DNA from: Tubiluchus corallicola
Taxonomy: Eukaryota > Animalia > Priapulida
Length of the DNA: 64,000 nucleotides
NCBI GenBank assembly: GCA_030141605.1
Contig: JAQGDQ010000304.1
Coordinates: 1-64,000, forward strand
Direction: 5' to 3'
Below the pieces are notes generated by a model. It had not been told where the DNA came from. It did no database searches and was given only the letters and a program-made list of their open reading frames with translations. This document shows, piece by piece, positions 48,501 through 57,804 of the stretch. The first letter of the stretch is position 1, and the number at the start of each line of letters is the position of its first letter. A program made the translations under genes and the position numbers.

Positions 48501-49286
48501 TCAATTATCACCACTCTTTGAACTACTGTTATACTGAATATATAGCTCCTTAACCCGGTCTTCCACTTCATAATTGGAAGCGCTGTAGTATAACCCATGA
48601 TTTGCATTACAATAAACCATAAAATCATCTAACTCATCATCCTTCAAGCCGGTAATTCGCCTTAAAATATCTTTGTTGTACACAAGTGAAAATATCTCCC
48701 ACTCCCGTTGTGTCTGTATCGTACTAACAGCTCTCCTCTTGCTCTTCTCCTTCTTGCTAAAATGATAATGCATAAACGAAAAAGGCTGAAGCATAACATA
48801 ACTCCAGTGAGGTTTTGACGAATAGGAATCGCTTCTCAACTCAACAGGAACATTCGACTTATTACCCTGAGGTATACCTCGCAAGTTTACCTCCGGTGCT
48901 CTCCCCAGAACCTCTACCTCCCTAATAAGATAACTGACTGATGACAATTCATATATGGGAATACCAATACCCTTTTCTAAATAATCACTTACATAAATAT
49001 GCCTTGATGTATAGCCCAGCACCTTTATTAGAAGACTGTCTGACGGGTCTGCCTGCAACGAAAAAAAACCGTTAACATCCGACATAGTGCCTCCATGTAC
49101 TCTATGGTTTATAATATGTGCATAGGGAACAGGCTCCCCTGTCGATTGATCTACCAATTTCCCTGAAACATTAACCATATCCTCCAGAAAATATGGCTGA
49201 GATAAAAGAGGCAGTGGCTGTAAAACTGCCAAAAGAAAAAGCCAGCAACCCACTACAACATAGCGATAGCCCACTTTTTTTGACAT
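48501..49286 (-). CDS. Carboxypeptidase-regulatory-like domain protein
   Basis: Signal peptide, VSGKLVDQSTGEPVPYAHI...GTMSDVNGFF...LGY. Confidence 0.75.
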   Translation of the reverse strand: MSKKVGYRYVVVGCWLFLLAVLQPLPLLSQPYFLEDMVNVSGKLVDQSTGEPVPYAHIINHRVHGGTMSDVNGFFSLQADPSDSLLIKVLGYTSRHIYVSDYLEKGIGIPIYELSSVSYLIREVEVLGRAPEVNLRGIPQGNKSNVPVELRSDSYSSKPHWSYVMLQPFSFMHYHFSKKEKSKRRAVSTIQTQREWEIFSLVYNKDILRRITGLKDDELDDFMVYCNANHGLYYSASNYEVEDRVKELYIQYNSSSKSGDN

Positions 49287-49354
49287 ATGCACATAAGTAA
49301 GCATCATTTGCTTGTAATTTAGTAAATAAGCAAACAAAATCAGACTTCAGTACT

Positions 49355-50587
49355 TTATAAAAACATTGCCTTAATCTTTTCCATCGCTTTTAACACATTA
49401 TCCCTATCAGCAAAAGCAGAAAACCGAAAATACCCTTCACCTGACGGACCAAAGCCCGAGCCTGGCGTGCCAACAACACCTGTTTCTTGTAGTACTTTGT
49501 CGAAAAAATCCCATGACTTCATGCCTCCAGGTGTCTTAACCCACACATATGGAGCATTTACACCGCCATATACACTTAACCCCGCCCCACTCAGATCCCG
49601 CTTCATAATTGCAGCATTTCTGAGATAATATCTGATAACCTCTCCAACCTCTCTCTCCCCCTGCTCTGTAAAGATCGCAGCAGCAGCTTTCTGTACAGGA
49701 TAAGAGACACCATTGAACTTTGTAGACTGGCGACGCAGCCACAGATTTTTTACAAAATGAGAATTCCCTCCCCTATCATAAGCAACAAGCTCATCAGGCA
49801 CAACTGTATACGCACAGCGAGTACCAGTAAAACCAGCCGTCTTAGAAAAACTTCTAAACTCTATAGCAACTTTCTTGGCCCCATCTATCTCATAGATCGA
49901 ATGTGGAATATTATCTTCTACAATAAATGCCTCATAAGCTGCATCATACAGAATAATACTACTGTTTTTTAAAGCATAATCAACCCATTTCTTTAAACCC
50001 TCCTTTGTTGCCACTGCCCCTGTGGGATTATTTGGAAAACACAAAAATATAATGTCGACATGCTCTTTGGGCAATTCGGGAATAAAACCATTTTCCTCAG
50101 TACAAGGCATATAAACGACACCATCAAAATATCCATTATCCATGCTCTCTCCTGCCTTTCCCGACATAACAGTAGTATCAGCATAAACAGGATAAACAGG
50201 ATCTCCAATAGCTACCTTACTATTGGGCCCAAATATTTCCTGTATATTTCCTGTATCACACTTCGAGCCATCGGAAACTATAATCTCATTCGCTGAAATA
50301 TTAATACCGTTCTTTCGATACGCACCCTCTGCAATAGCCTCGCGGAGAAACTCGTAACCTTGCTCCGGCCCATAACCTTTAAACGTAGAAGCATTCGCCA
50401 TCTCTTCTACCCCTTTATGAAATGCTTCTACTACGCATGTAACAAGAGGCTGCGTAACATCTCCGATTCCCATTCGAATTATTTCTCTGGTGGGATTTGC
50501 ATTAGCAAACTCTTGAACCCTTCTGCTTATTTCAGGAAACAGATACCCCGCCTTAAGCTTTAAATAATTCTCATTTATTAGCGCCAT
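49355..50587 (-). CDS. dapL: LL-diaminopimelate aminotransferase
   Basis: [48 protein letters not shown]. Confidence 0.95.
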   Translation of the reverse strand: MALINENYLKLKAGYLFPEISRRVQEFANANPTREIIRMGIGDVTQPLVTCVVEAFHKGVEEMANASTFKGYGPEQGYEFLREAIAEGAYRKNGINISANEIIVSDGSKCDTGNIQEIFGPNSKVAIGDPVYPVYADTTVMSGKAGESMDNGYFDGVVYMPCTEENGFIPELPKEHVDIIFLCFPNNPTGAVATKEGLKKWVDYALKNSSIILYDAAYEAFIVEDNIPHSIYEIDGAKKVAIEFRSFSKTAGFTGTRCAYTVVPDELVAYDRGGNSHFVKNLWLRRQSTKFNGVSYPVQKAAAAIFTEQGEREVGEVIRYYLRNAAIMKRDLSGAGLSVYGGVNAPYVWVKTPGGMKSWDFFDKVLQETGVVGTPGSGFGPSGEGYFRFSAFADRDNVLKAMEKIKAMFL

Positions 50588-50624
50588 AATAAGTATAATA
50601 ATTTCAAAAAATAATATGAAACTT

Positions 50625-50640
50625 TAACTTTGCAAATGTA
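50625..50640. promoter_or_regulatory. Abutting divergent -7 elements for dapF (+) and dapL (-)
   Basis: TAACTTTG (50625-50632, +) directly followed by CAAATGTA, i.e. TACATTTG on - (50640-50633). Confidence 0.55.
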
Positions 50641-50700
50641 TTAAAAATTAATCATGTTAATAGGAACTATATATTAGACGCTATGAATCGCTATTAAAAT

Positions 50701-51552
50701 ATGAAAAACTCTTTTGTAAAATCTCATGGGCTCGGCAACGACTATATTATTTTAAACAGCTATGACATTAGCTTTTTGATAAGCCCGGAAAACATACGCA
50801 AAATTTGTGACGTTCACTTTGGAATTGGCTCTGATGGTATTCTTTTGAAAGTACCGTCCGATAATGCCGATTTTGGACTACGCATTTACAATCCTGACGG
50901 CTCAGAGGCCGAAAAAAGTGGTAATGGGCTAAGAATATTTGCAAAATATCTTTTTGACCATGGATTTACAGCTAACAAAAGTTTTACTATTGACACTGCC
51001 GGTGGAATAGTTTGCGCCAATATTATGGAGGAGGTAAACAGCAAAGTAAGAACAGTAAGAGTGGATATGGGCAAAGCTATATTTAAAGCAAAAGACATAC
51101 CTGTAATATCAGATAATGAAGAGTGCTTTGATGAACAACTTGACCTGCCGGATACCAGCTATAACATAAATTGCGTATCTGTTGGCAACCCCCACTGTGT
51201 AATAGTAAAAAACAGACAGAGTGTTGATGAAATAATGAAATATGGCAAACTAATAGAAAATCACAAAAAATTCCCAAACAGAATAAATGTGCAATTTGCA
51301 AAGGTTATCTCCGACAACGAAGTTGAAGCGCTTATATGGGAAAGAGGAGCCGGATATACGCTTGCATCAGGTAGCTCTTCATGTGCAGTGGCTGCCGTTT
51401 TGCTGAAAAAAGGCTTAACAAGTAGAAATATGATTATAAAAATGCCCGGAGGCAGCCTGCAAGTGGAAATTGATGAGGAGTGGAACATAAAAATGACGGG
51501 AGAAGTAAAAGAGGTAGCAACAGGAGTATTGAGTGATGAATTGGTGGGATAA
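50701..51552 (+). CDS. dapF: Diaminopimelate epimerase, Ser/Ser active-site variant
   Basis: KSHGLGNDY, GIGSDG, NPDGSEAEKSGNG, GNPHC, WERGAGYTLASGSSSCA; located between dapL and lysA. Confidence 0.88.
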   Translation: MKNSFVKSHGLGNDYIILNSYDISFLISPENIRKICDVHFGIGSDGILLKVPSDNADFGLRIYNPDGSEAEKSGNGLRIFAKYLFDHGFTANKSFTIDTAGGIVCANIMEEVNSKVRTVRVDMGKAIFKAKDIPVISDNEECFDEQLDLPDTSYNINCVSVGNPHCVIVKNRQSVDEIMKYGKLIENHKKFPNRINVQFAKVISDNEVEALIWERGAGYTLASGSSSCAVAAVLLKKGLTSRNMIIKMPGGSLQVEIDEEWNIKMTGEVKEVATGVLSDELVG

Positions 51553-51648
51553 ATAAAATAGTATAGGCAATAAAATTGATAAAAAATAGCTCAAAAAAGA
51601 TAACGAATTGTAACTTCGCGTTTTAAATAAAAAACATTAAATACAACT

Positions 51649-52908
51649 ATGTCAGATAAGACCCTGCCTTTTTCAAAAAAAGAATTAGAGTCAATAATTG
51701 AAAAATTTCCTACTCCATTTCATATATACGATGAAAAAGCTATAGTAGATAATGCAAGAAGGCTAAATAAAGCTTACTCGTGGAACCCCGGATTTAAAGA
51801 ATTCTTTGCTATAAAAGCCACTCCAAACCCATACATAATTCAACTTATGCGCAGAGAAAAGTTTGGGGTCGACTGTAGTTCAATGGCAGAGCTTGAACTT
51901 GCCGAAAAAATCGGCATGAGAGGTGATGAGATAATGTTTACTTCAAATGATACTCCTGCAGAAGACTTTCGCAAAGCAATGGAGCTGGGGGCAATTATCA
52001 ACCTTGATGACATAGCTCATATTGAGTTTCTGGAAAAAAATGCGGGCCTTCCCGAGCTGATATGTATGAGGTATAACCCCGGTGTATTGAAAGAAGGGAA
52101 TGCAATCATAGGGCATCCTGAAGAGGCTAAATACGGATTTACCCGCCAACAACTATTTGACGGTTACAAAATAGCTGTGGAAAAGGGAGTTAAAAGATTT
52201 GGCATACACACAATGGTAGCTTCAAATGAATTGGAAGTCGGATACTTTATTGAAACAGCACATATCCTGTTTGATTTAATATCTGAATTGTCAGACAAAT
52301 TGGGAATCCGCTTTGAATTTGTAAACCTTGGAGGAGGAATAGGAATACCATACAAAGAAGAGGAAAATATCGTTGACTTTGAGGAAATGAGCAAGGGTAT
52401 TCATACACTCTACAATAACATTATAGTTGCAAAAAAACTTGACCCTTTAAATATCTACTTTGAAATGGGAAGGGCAATAACAGGCCCTTACGGATATCTA
52501 GTATCAAAAACTCTTCACATTAAGAACACCTACAAAAATTACGTGGGGCTCGACTCATGCATGGTAGACCTTATGAGGCCCGCTCTGTACGGCGCCTATC
52601 ACCATATCACAATTGCAGGGAAGGAGAAAATGCCTGCAATGAAAAAATACGATGTAACCGGCTCGCTTTGTGAAAACAATGATAAATTTGCTATAGATCG
52701 CTGGCTGCCTGAAGTAGAGGTTGGTGATATCATTGTGATACATGATGCTGGCGCTCATGGGTACTCTATGGGATTTAACTATAATGGAAAATTGAAGTCC
52801 GCTGAACTTTTACTGAAAGAAGACGGTAATGTAATTCAAATACGTCGTGCAGAAACAGTTGAGGACTACTTTGCAACACTTGACTTTGAAGGAATACCAA
52901 CAATTTAG
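51649..52908 (+). CDS. lysA: Diaminopimelate decarboxylase
   Basis: PTPFHIYDE, FAIKATPNP, NLGGGIG, MRPALYG, GSLCENND, MGFNYNG. Confidence 0.94.
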   Translation: MSDKTLPFSKKELESIIEKFPTPFHIYDEKAIVDNARRLNKAYSWNPGFKEFFAIKATPNPYIIQLMRREKFGVDCSSMAELELAEKIGMRGDEIMFTSNDTPAEDFRKAMELGAIINLDDIAHIEFLEKNAGLPELICMRYNPGVLKEGNAIIGHPEEAKYGFTRQQLFDGYKIAVEKGVKRFGIHTMVASNELEVGYFIETAHILFDLISELSDKLGIRFEFVNLGGGIGIPYKEEENIVDFEEMSKGIHTLYNNIIVAKKLDPLNIYFEMGRAITGPYGYLVSKTLHIKNTYKNYVGLDSCMVDLMRPALYGAYHHITIAGKEKMPAMKKYDVTGSLCENNDKFAIDRWLPEVEVGDIIVIHDAGAHGYSMGFNYNGKLKSAELLLKEDGNVIQIRRAETVEDYFATLDFEGIPTI

Positions 52909-52916
52909 ATGTAAAA

Positions 52917-53495
52917 ATGGCTATAGATTTTGAAAATGATATTTTAAATGCAGTTGAAACACTGAACAAAGGTGGAGTAATACTATACCCCACCGACACT
53001 GTCTGGGGTATCGGCTGTGACTCCACTAATGCAGAAGCAATAAATAGAGTATGCGAAATTAAAAAACGTAACAACACTACGGGTATGCTGGTGCTGATGG
53101 ACAACCCTGATCTTATCCCTGCCTATGTTGACGAAGTGCCTGAGATTGCATGGAGCTTAATTGATATTGCAGACAAGCCAACAACAATTATATATCCGGG
53201 AGCAAAAGGCTTTCCTAAAAACCTGATAGCTTCAGATGGAAGTATAGGTATACGCATCACATCCGAACTATTTACCTGCAACCTTATAAAACAATTTAAA
53301 AAGCCTATAGTATCAACATCTGCAAATATAAGTGGGAAACCCGCTCCCGGGAACTATAACCAAATTGATGATATAATAAAGGCAAAAGTTGATTACATTG
53401 TCAAATACAAGCAGGATGAAGAGATACCGGCACCAAAACCTAGCAGTATTTTACGGCTAGGCGTAGGCGGACAAATCGAAATAATAAGAGAATAA
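52917..53495 (+). CDS. tsaC: L-threonylcarbamoyladenylate synthase (YrdC/Sua5)
   Basis: YPTDTVWGIGCD, IKKR, STSANISG. Confidence 0.92.
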   Translation: MAIDFENDILNAVETLNKGGVILYPTDTVWGIGCDSTNAEAINRVCEIKKRNNTTGMLVLMDNPDLIPAYVDEVPEIAWSLIDIADKPTTIIYPGAKGFPKNLIASDGSIGIRITSELFTCNLIKQFKKPIVSTSANISGKPAPGNYNQIDDIIKAKVDYIVKYKQDEEIPAPKPSSILRLGVGGQIEIIRE

Positions 53496-53537
53496 AAGGG
53501 GTAAAAAAAAGCACTATCTCATAAACTGTGTAAATAG

Positions 53538-53572
53538 AAAATGCCGAGGGTTGCAACCCTCGGCATTTTTTT
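53538..53572 (+). terminator. Terminator inside the IS256 left end
   Basis: Perfect 32-bp palindrome AAAATGCCGAGGGTTGCAACCCTCGGCATTTT with a T-tract. Confidence 0.75.
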
Positions 53573-53598
53573 GTTTAATTTTAAAACTTTAGACAGTA

Positions 53599-54795
53599 AT
53601 GAAAAAAGAAGATTTATTAAATGATGATTTCCTTGAACAGTTTAATTCAGGGGAAGAGCTCAATGGTTTTTTACAAGAGCTCCAAAAACGAGGCATTGAA
53701 AAGATGCTTGAAGGAGAACTCGATGGTCATTTAGGCTATGATAAGAATCAAAAATCGGATAATCAGAATGCCCGCAATGGCTATTCAGAGAAGAGAGTCC
53801 GAACCACTCTGGGAGAATCCAACATTCAGGTTCCCCGAGACCGTGATGCTTCGTTTAATCCGATGATTGTACCCAAAGGAGGGAACATGGTCGATGGCTT
53901 AGAGAATATCATTGTTTCGTTTTATGCTAAAGGAATGAGTAATAGCGATATTGAAGAGCAAATTCGGGAGCTATACGGTTTTGAAGTTTCTACATCCACC
54001 ATATCAAGGATTACCGATTCAGTCACCAACGACATTGTAGCGTGGCAGAACCGACCTCTGGAAATTGTATACCTAATTGTTTGGATGGATGGCATTGTAT
54101 TTAAAGTGCGGGAGAACTCTAAGGTCGTCAACAAAACCGTTTACATTGCCGTAGGACTTCGCAGAGATGGGAAAAAAGAGGTTCTTGGCTTATGGTTGGG
54201 CAAGAGTGAGTCCGCTGCCTTTTGGATGAACGTACTTACCGATATGAAAGCCCGTGGAGTTAACGATATTCTGATTACGGCAACAGATAACTTGAATGGT
54301 TTTACAGATACTATCCGAACTGTTTTCCCTGAATCGAAAACACAAATATGTGTTGTTCATCAAATCCGTAACGCAAGCAGATACGTGGTTTGGAAAGATA
54401 AAAAGGCATTTACAAAAGATATGAAGCAAATCTATAATGCCCCTACAAAAGAGGCTGCAAAAGCAGCTTTAGAAGATTTTGCATCAGCTTGGGAGGATAA
54501 ATACTCTTACGCAATTAAAAGCTGGCGAGACAACTGGGAAGACCTAACAGTATTCTTTGAGTTTCCGCTGGAAATCAGAAAGATAATTTATACAACCAAC
54601 CTGATTGAGAATCTCAACGGAAAAATCAGAAAATACACAAAAAACAAACTTTCATTCCCGTCAGACCAGGCTGTAATGAAATCTGTATTTTTGGCAACCA
54701 GAGAAGCAACTAAAAAATGGTCAATGCCAATCAGGAACTGGGGCATTGTCTTGAATCAGTTCTTAGTTATATTTGAAAAAAGGGTCCAGCTATAA
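53599..54795 (+). CDS. IS256 (Mutator-type) DDE transposase
   Basis: [42 protein letters not shown]. Confidence 0.95.
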   Translation: MKKEDLLNDDFLEQFNSGEELNGFLQELQKRGIEKMLEGELDGHLGYDKNQKSDNQNARNGYSEKRVRTTLGESNIQVPRDRDASFNPMIVPKGGNMVDGLENIIVSFYAKGMSNSDIEEQIRELYGFEVSTSTISRITDSVTNDIVAWQNRPLEIVYLIVWMDGIVFKVRENSKVVNKTVYIAVGLRRDGKKEVLGLWLGKSESAAFWMNVLTDMKARGVNDILITATDNLNGFTDTIRTVFPESKTQICVVHQIRNASRYVVWKDKKAFTKDMKQIYNAPTKEAAKAALEDFASAWEDKYSYAIKSWRDNWEDLTVFFEFPLEIRKIIYTTNLIENLNGKIRKYTKNKLSFPSDQAVMKSVFLATREATKKWSMPIRNWGIVLNQFLVIFEKRVQL

Positions 54796-54907
54796 ACAGC
54801 CAAACCCTCGGTGTTTTTTTAGTTTACACACTTTGTGAAACAGTGTCTTTCACAAAGTGTCTGATAGCCCCCCCCTTACTGATGCCATCATCAGCTTTTT
54901 GCCAAAA

Positions 54908-57745
54908 CTACTCCGCATCAGCCACGCAGCGAAACCCTACAGTTGCTTTCCTTTCAAATCCCTGAGAAACAAAAAGCAGCATCTGCCTAAACCAAAGGCT
55001 TTGAGGGCCACCCTGAACGTACCACCAACTTGACTCTGCCTTAAAATAACACCCACCCTTAAGCATAACAAAAGAGTAACTACAATTGTCGTACACATCG
55101 TTTGTCATTTGCCATACAGAACCTACTAGATCTTGCAGACCCCAGGGGCTTTCTCCAGCCGGATACATCCCAACCTTCTCATAGTTATCATTACCAGGAT
55201 TACACATATCTTCCATTATGCCATCTATAGTCTCTACTGTCAATGTATTTGTAACAAATGTGCTTCTCTTTTTAATAGATAAATCATTACCCCAAGGCCA
55301 TTCCATTGAAGGATCACCCGCTTGTGCAGCATATTGCCACTCCATTTCGGTTGGAAGACGCTTGTCCGCCCACTTTGCATAAGCCTTTGCATCATCATAG
55401 CTTACATAAACTACAGGCTTATCTTCATCACCCATAGATATCTCTCCATCACGCCAATGTTTCAGAAAATTCTCTTTATCAGTAGGCTGATAGCCACTCC
55501 CCTCCAAAAACTCTTTAAACTGCCTGTTTGTTACAGGGTGCTTATCCATATAAAAAGAGCTTACCTTAAACGTATCTTTGTCTACAGGCTTAGGATAAGA
55601 TATAAAACTATCCCCCTCCTTTACTCTCATAAAGAATTTTCCAGAAGGTATCTTTACCATTCCATCCGGCATTTTAGCCGGAACCTGTGTTGCACTGCTG
55701 GTACTAATTAACCTTGCAGAAGCCGGCTTAAACGATACAATATTCTCATCAACCAACTGCCCACCATCGAACAACTGAACAACAAACTTCCCCTCTGAAC
55801 AACCAAACTCTTCTATAAGGCGGATAGAACGGCTATGAATAGGAAAATCCTTATAAGTGCCTTGATACTCTGGCATACCTGCCCACACTCTTACCTTATC
55901 TCCAGAAGAGGCTGAAAAAGTCAATCGGTCGGACGAAATGTCAAACCGGGTATTTAGTAACCTCTTAAACCTAGCCACTACACCTACAGCTCCTTCGTTA
56001 TTTGTACCAAGCCATTTTTTGGAGAAAGCCTCCAAATCAACTACAGCATAGCTCTTCCCATCTATATCTTCTACCAAAACCTCTTCATGATTCCACAAAT
56101 CAACATAATGATACCCCTCACTATTGTCAACTTCAAACAGTGGCTCATTTACACCTTCCGGCTTCTGACTATAAATAGTATAAATTACCTTATCCTCCAG
56201 AGGCCACCTATTTACATACACTCCATCTGTCTTTGTTGGGATCAAAGGAGTATATAAAGAGCTGGTAAAACTTAATGAATTTTCCCTCTGTATCATCAAT
56301 ACTCTGGCAAGATATTTCCATTGCTCATCAAGCCAATAAGGCCTTCCCGGTGAATAGAGATTATTCTCTGTGCCATATCCATTAAATAGAGAAAGACTAT
56401 ACTCTCTACAAATACGCTCCTTACCAACCTCAACTACTCTAAAAATTGCAAAATCAGGCTTGATTAGCTTATTCAAGTTCAACACCGGAGGATAATATAA
56501 AGCATTATGAACACGTCCACTTACAATTCCCTGCATATCTTTCGGAACAGCCATCCCCTCGCTATACATTACCACTCCCTTTTTCCCCCTGTCTGCTGCA
56601 TTTCTGAGCTGGGTACTAGATGCTCCGGAACAGTCAAGCACAACACCATCTGCATCAATCTGCCTTATAGCATTGCTTAACCCAATATATGGATCTTCTT
56701 CTCTGGTAGAAGCATCCCAAGGCTTGAACGCTATAAAAAAACGAGAGCTGTTCTCATGACACAACTTAGACAACTGGTTAAGCTTAGCAAACCCCCCAGG
56801 CATCGACCTGAACATATCCCACTGGTTTCGCTGATCCATCCCAAGCGCTGGCCATGTTGGCCACAACCCATAAATTTCAGAACCTCCCAAAACATCATTA
56901 TTCATCTTAATAAAATCACCAAGCGCATAGCGCTCTTCTGAACGGTTATAGAAGTTATGATCCCAGCCCATCATAGCCTGTTTAAGATAAGAGTGGCGCA
57001 TCCAGGCCAAGTCGTCCCGCTCAAAAAGAGAATTGTCAAACTCTCCAGGCTCAACATCATACAACATACGGTCCTGAAACATTAAGCGAAGTCCATCCTG
57101 CCACTCCCCCTTATAGGTGTCGGCATAAAAGAAATACTCAACGCTACCCCTCGGATAAAGCACAGTCTCAAACCTCCGTCTTCTACCATTCTTGAGACTC
57201 TTGCTATCTCTTCGCATTAAAGCACAGACGCTTAGCTCACCATCCAACTCCCTATGGCTATACCCAAGATCCCATGCATTATCAGGAACGATTACATTAA
57301 TAGGCTCATAACCAGGTCTAAATAAATATGTCCGGGACAACTGATGATCACCAGAACCCGTAATATGCACATGTTGATCGTCCGCGCCAAAAGGTATTAC
57401 ATTTGTAACCCAAATAGTATCAGCAGACACATTCTTAAATGTGACCTTCCCTTTAACCCCATGCCTATATTTTTTGAAAGATACATGTGTATCAACACGT
57501 CCTGTTTGCTTATCTGCTAAAACACAAAACTGCTGCTTGCTACTCACCTCATTAGGGGAACAAATTTCAAAAGTGAATAGCGGTGTTGGAGACGCTAAGC
57601 TATAAACCTTTTTATCAGTATCAACAAACTCCTTAACACCATACCCGACCTTATCCTTAAACCTTAACTTTACAAGGCTTTGAGCAGATGTCGCGCTAAC
57701 CATTGAACCAAGTAGCACAACAAACATTAAACACCTAATACACAT
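54908..57745 (-). CDS. Secreted protein: uncharacterised N-terminal/central domain plus C-terminal FGE-sulfatase-fold domain
   Basis: Signal peptide; FYMDKHPVTN, RLPTEMEWQYAA, GLQDLVGSVWQ, GFRC; FGE Cys pair not seen. Confidence 0.8.
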   Translation of the reverse strand: MCIRCLMFVVLLGSMVSATSAQSLVKLRFKDKVGYGVKEFVDTDKKVYSLASPTPLFTFEICSPNEVSSKQQFCVLADKQTGRVDTHVSFKKYRHGVKGKVTFKNVSADTIWVTNVIPFGADDQHVHITGSGDHQLSRTYLFRPGYEPINVIVPDNAWDLGYSHRELDGELSVCALMRRDSKSLKNGRRRRFETVLYPRGSVEYFFYADTYKGEWQDGLRLMFQDRMLYDVEPGEFDNSLFERDDLAWMRHSYLKQAMMGWDHNFYNRSEERYALGDFIKMNNDVLGGSEIYGLWPTWPALGMDQRNQWDMFRSMPGGFAKLNQLSKLCHENSSRFFIAFKPWDASTREEDPYIGLSNAIRQIDADGVVLDCSGASSTQLRNAADRGKKGVVMYSEGMAVPKDMQGIVSGRVHNALYYPPVLNLNKLIKPDFAIFRVVEVGKERICREYSLSLFNGYGTENNLYSPGRPYWLDEQWKYLARVLMIQRENSLSFTSSLYTPLIPTKTDGVYVNRWPLEDKVIYTIYSQKPEGVNEPLFEVDNSEGYHYVDLWNHEEVLVEDIDGKSYAVVDLEAFSKKWLGTNNEGAVGVVARFKRLLNTRFDISSDRLTFSASSGDKVRVWAGMPEYQGTYKDFPIHSRSIRLIEEFGCSEGKFVVQLFDGGQLVDENIVSFKPASARLISTSSATQVPAKMPDGMVKIPSGKFFMRVKEGDSFISYPKPVDKDTFKVSSFYMDKHPVTNRQFKEFLEGSGYQPTDKENFLKHWRDGEISMGDEDKPVVYVSYDDAKAYAKWADKRLPTEMEWQYAAQAGDPSMEWPWGNDLSIKKRSTFVTNTLTVETIDGIMEDMCNPGNDNYEKVGMYPAGESPWGLQDLVGSVWQMTNDVYDNCSYSFVMLKGGCYFKAESSWWYVQGGPQSLWFRQMLLFVSQGFERKATVGFRCVADAE

Positions 57746-57804
57746 TTTCCTACTTTTTTTACTATATCAATTAAGCCTGGCTCTATTTAAAAATAAAAAA
57801 CACC

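Larger units (their letters stand above)
53510..54847 (+). mobile_element. IS256-family insertion sequence, apparently intact (1338 bp)
   Basis: Imperfect 25-bp IRs AGCACTATCTCATAAACTGTGTAAA / GACACTGTTTCACAAAGTGTGTAAA flanking a transposase; no target duplication seen. Confidence 0.92.
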
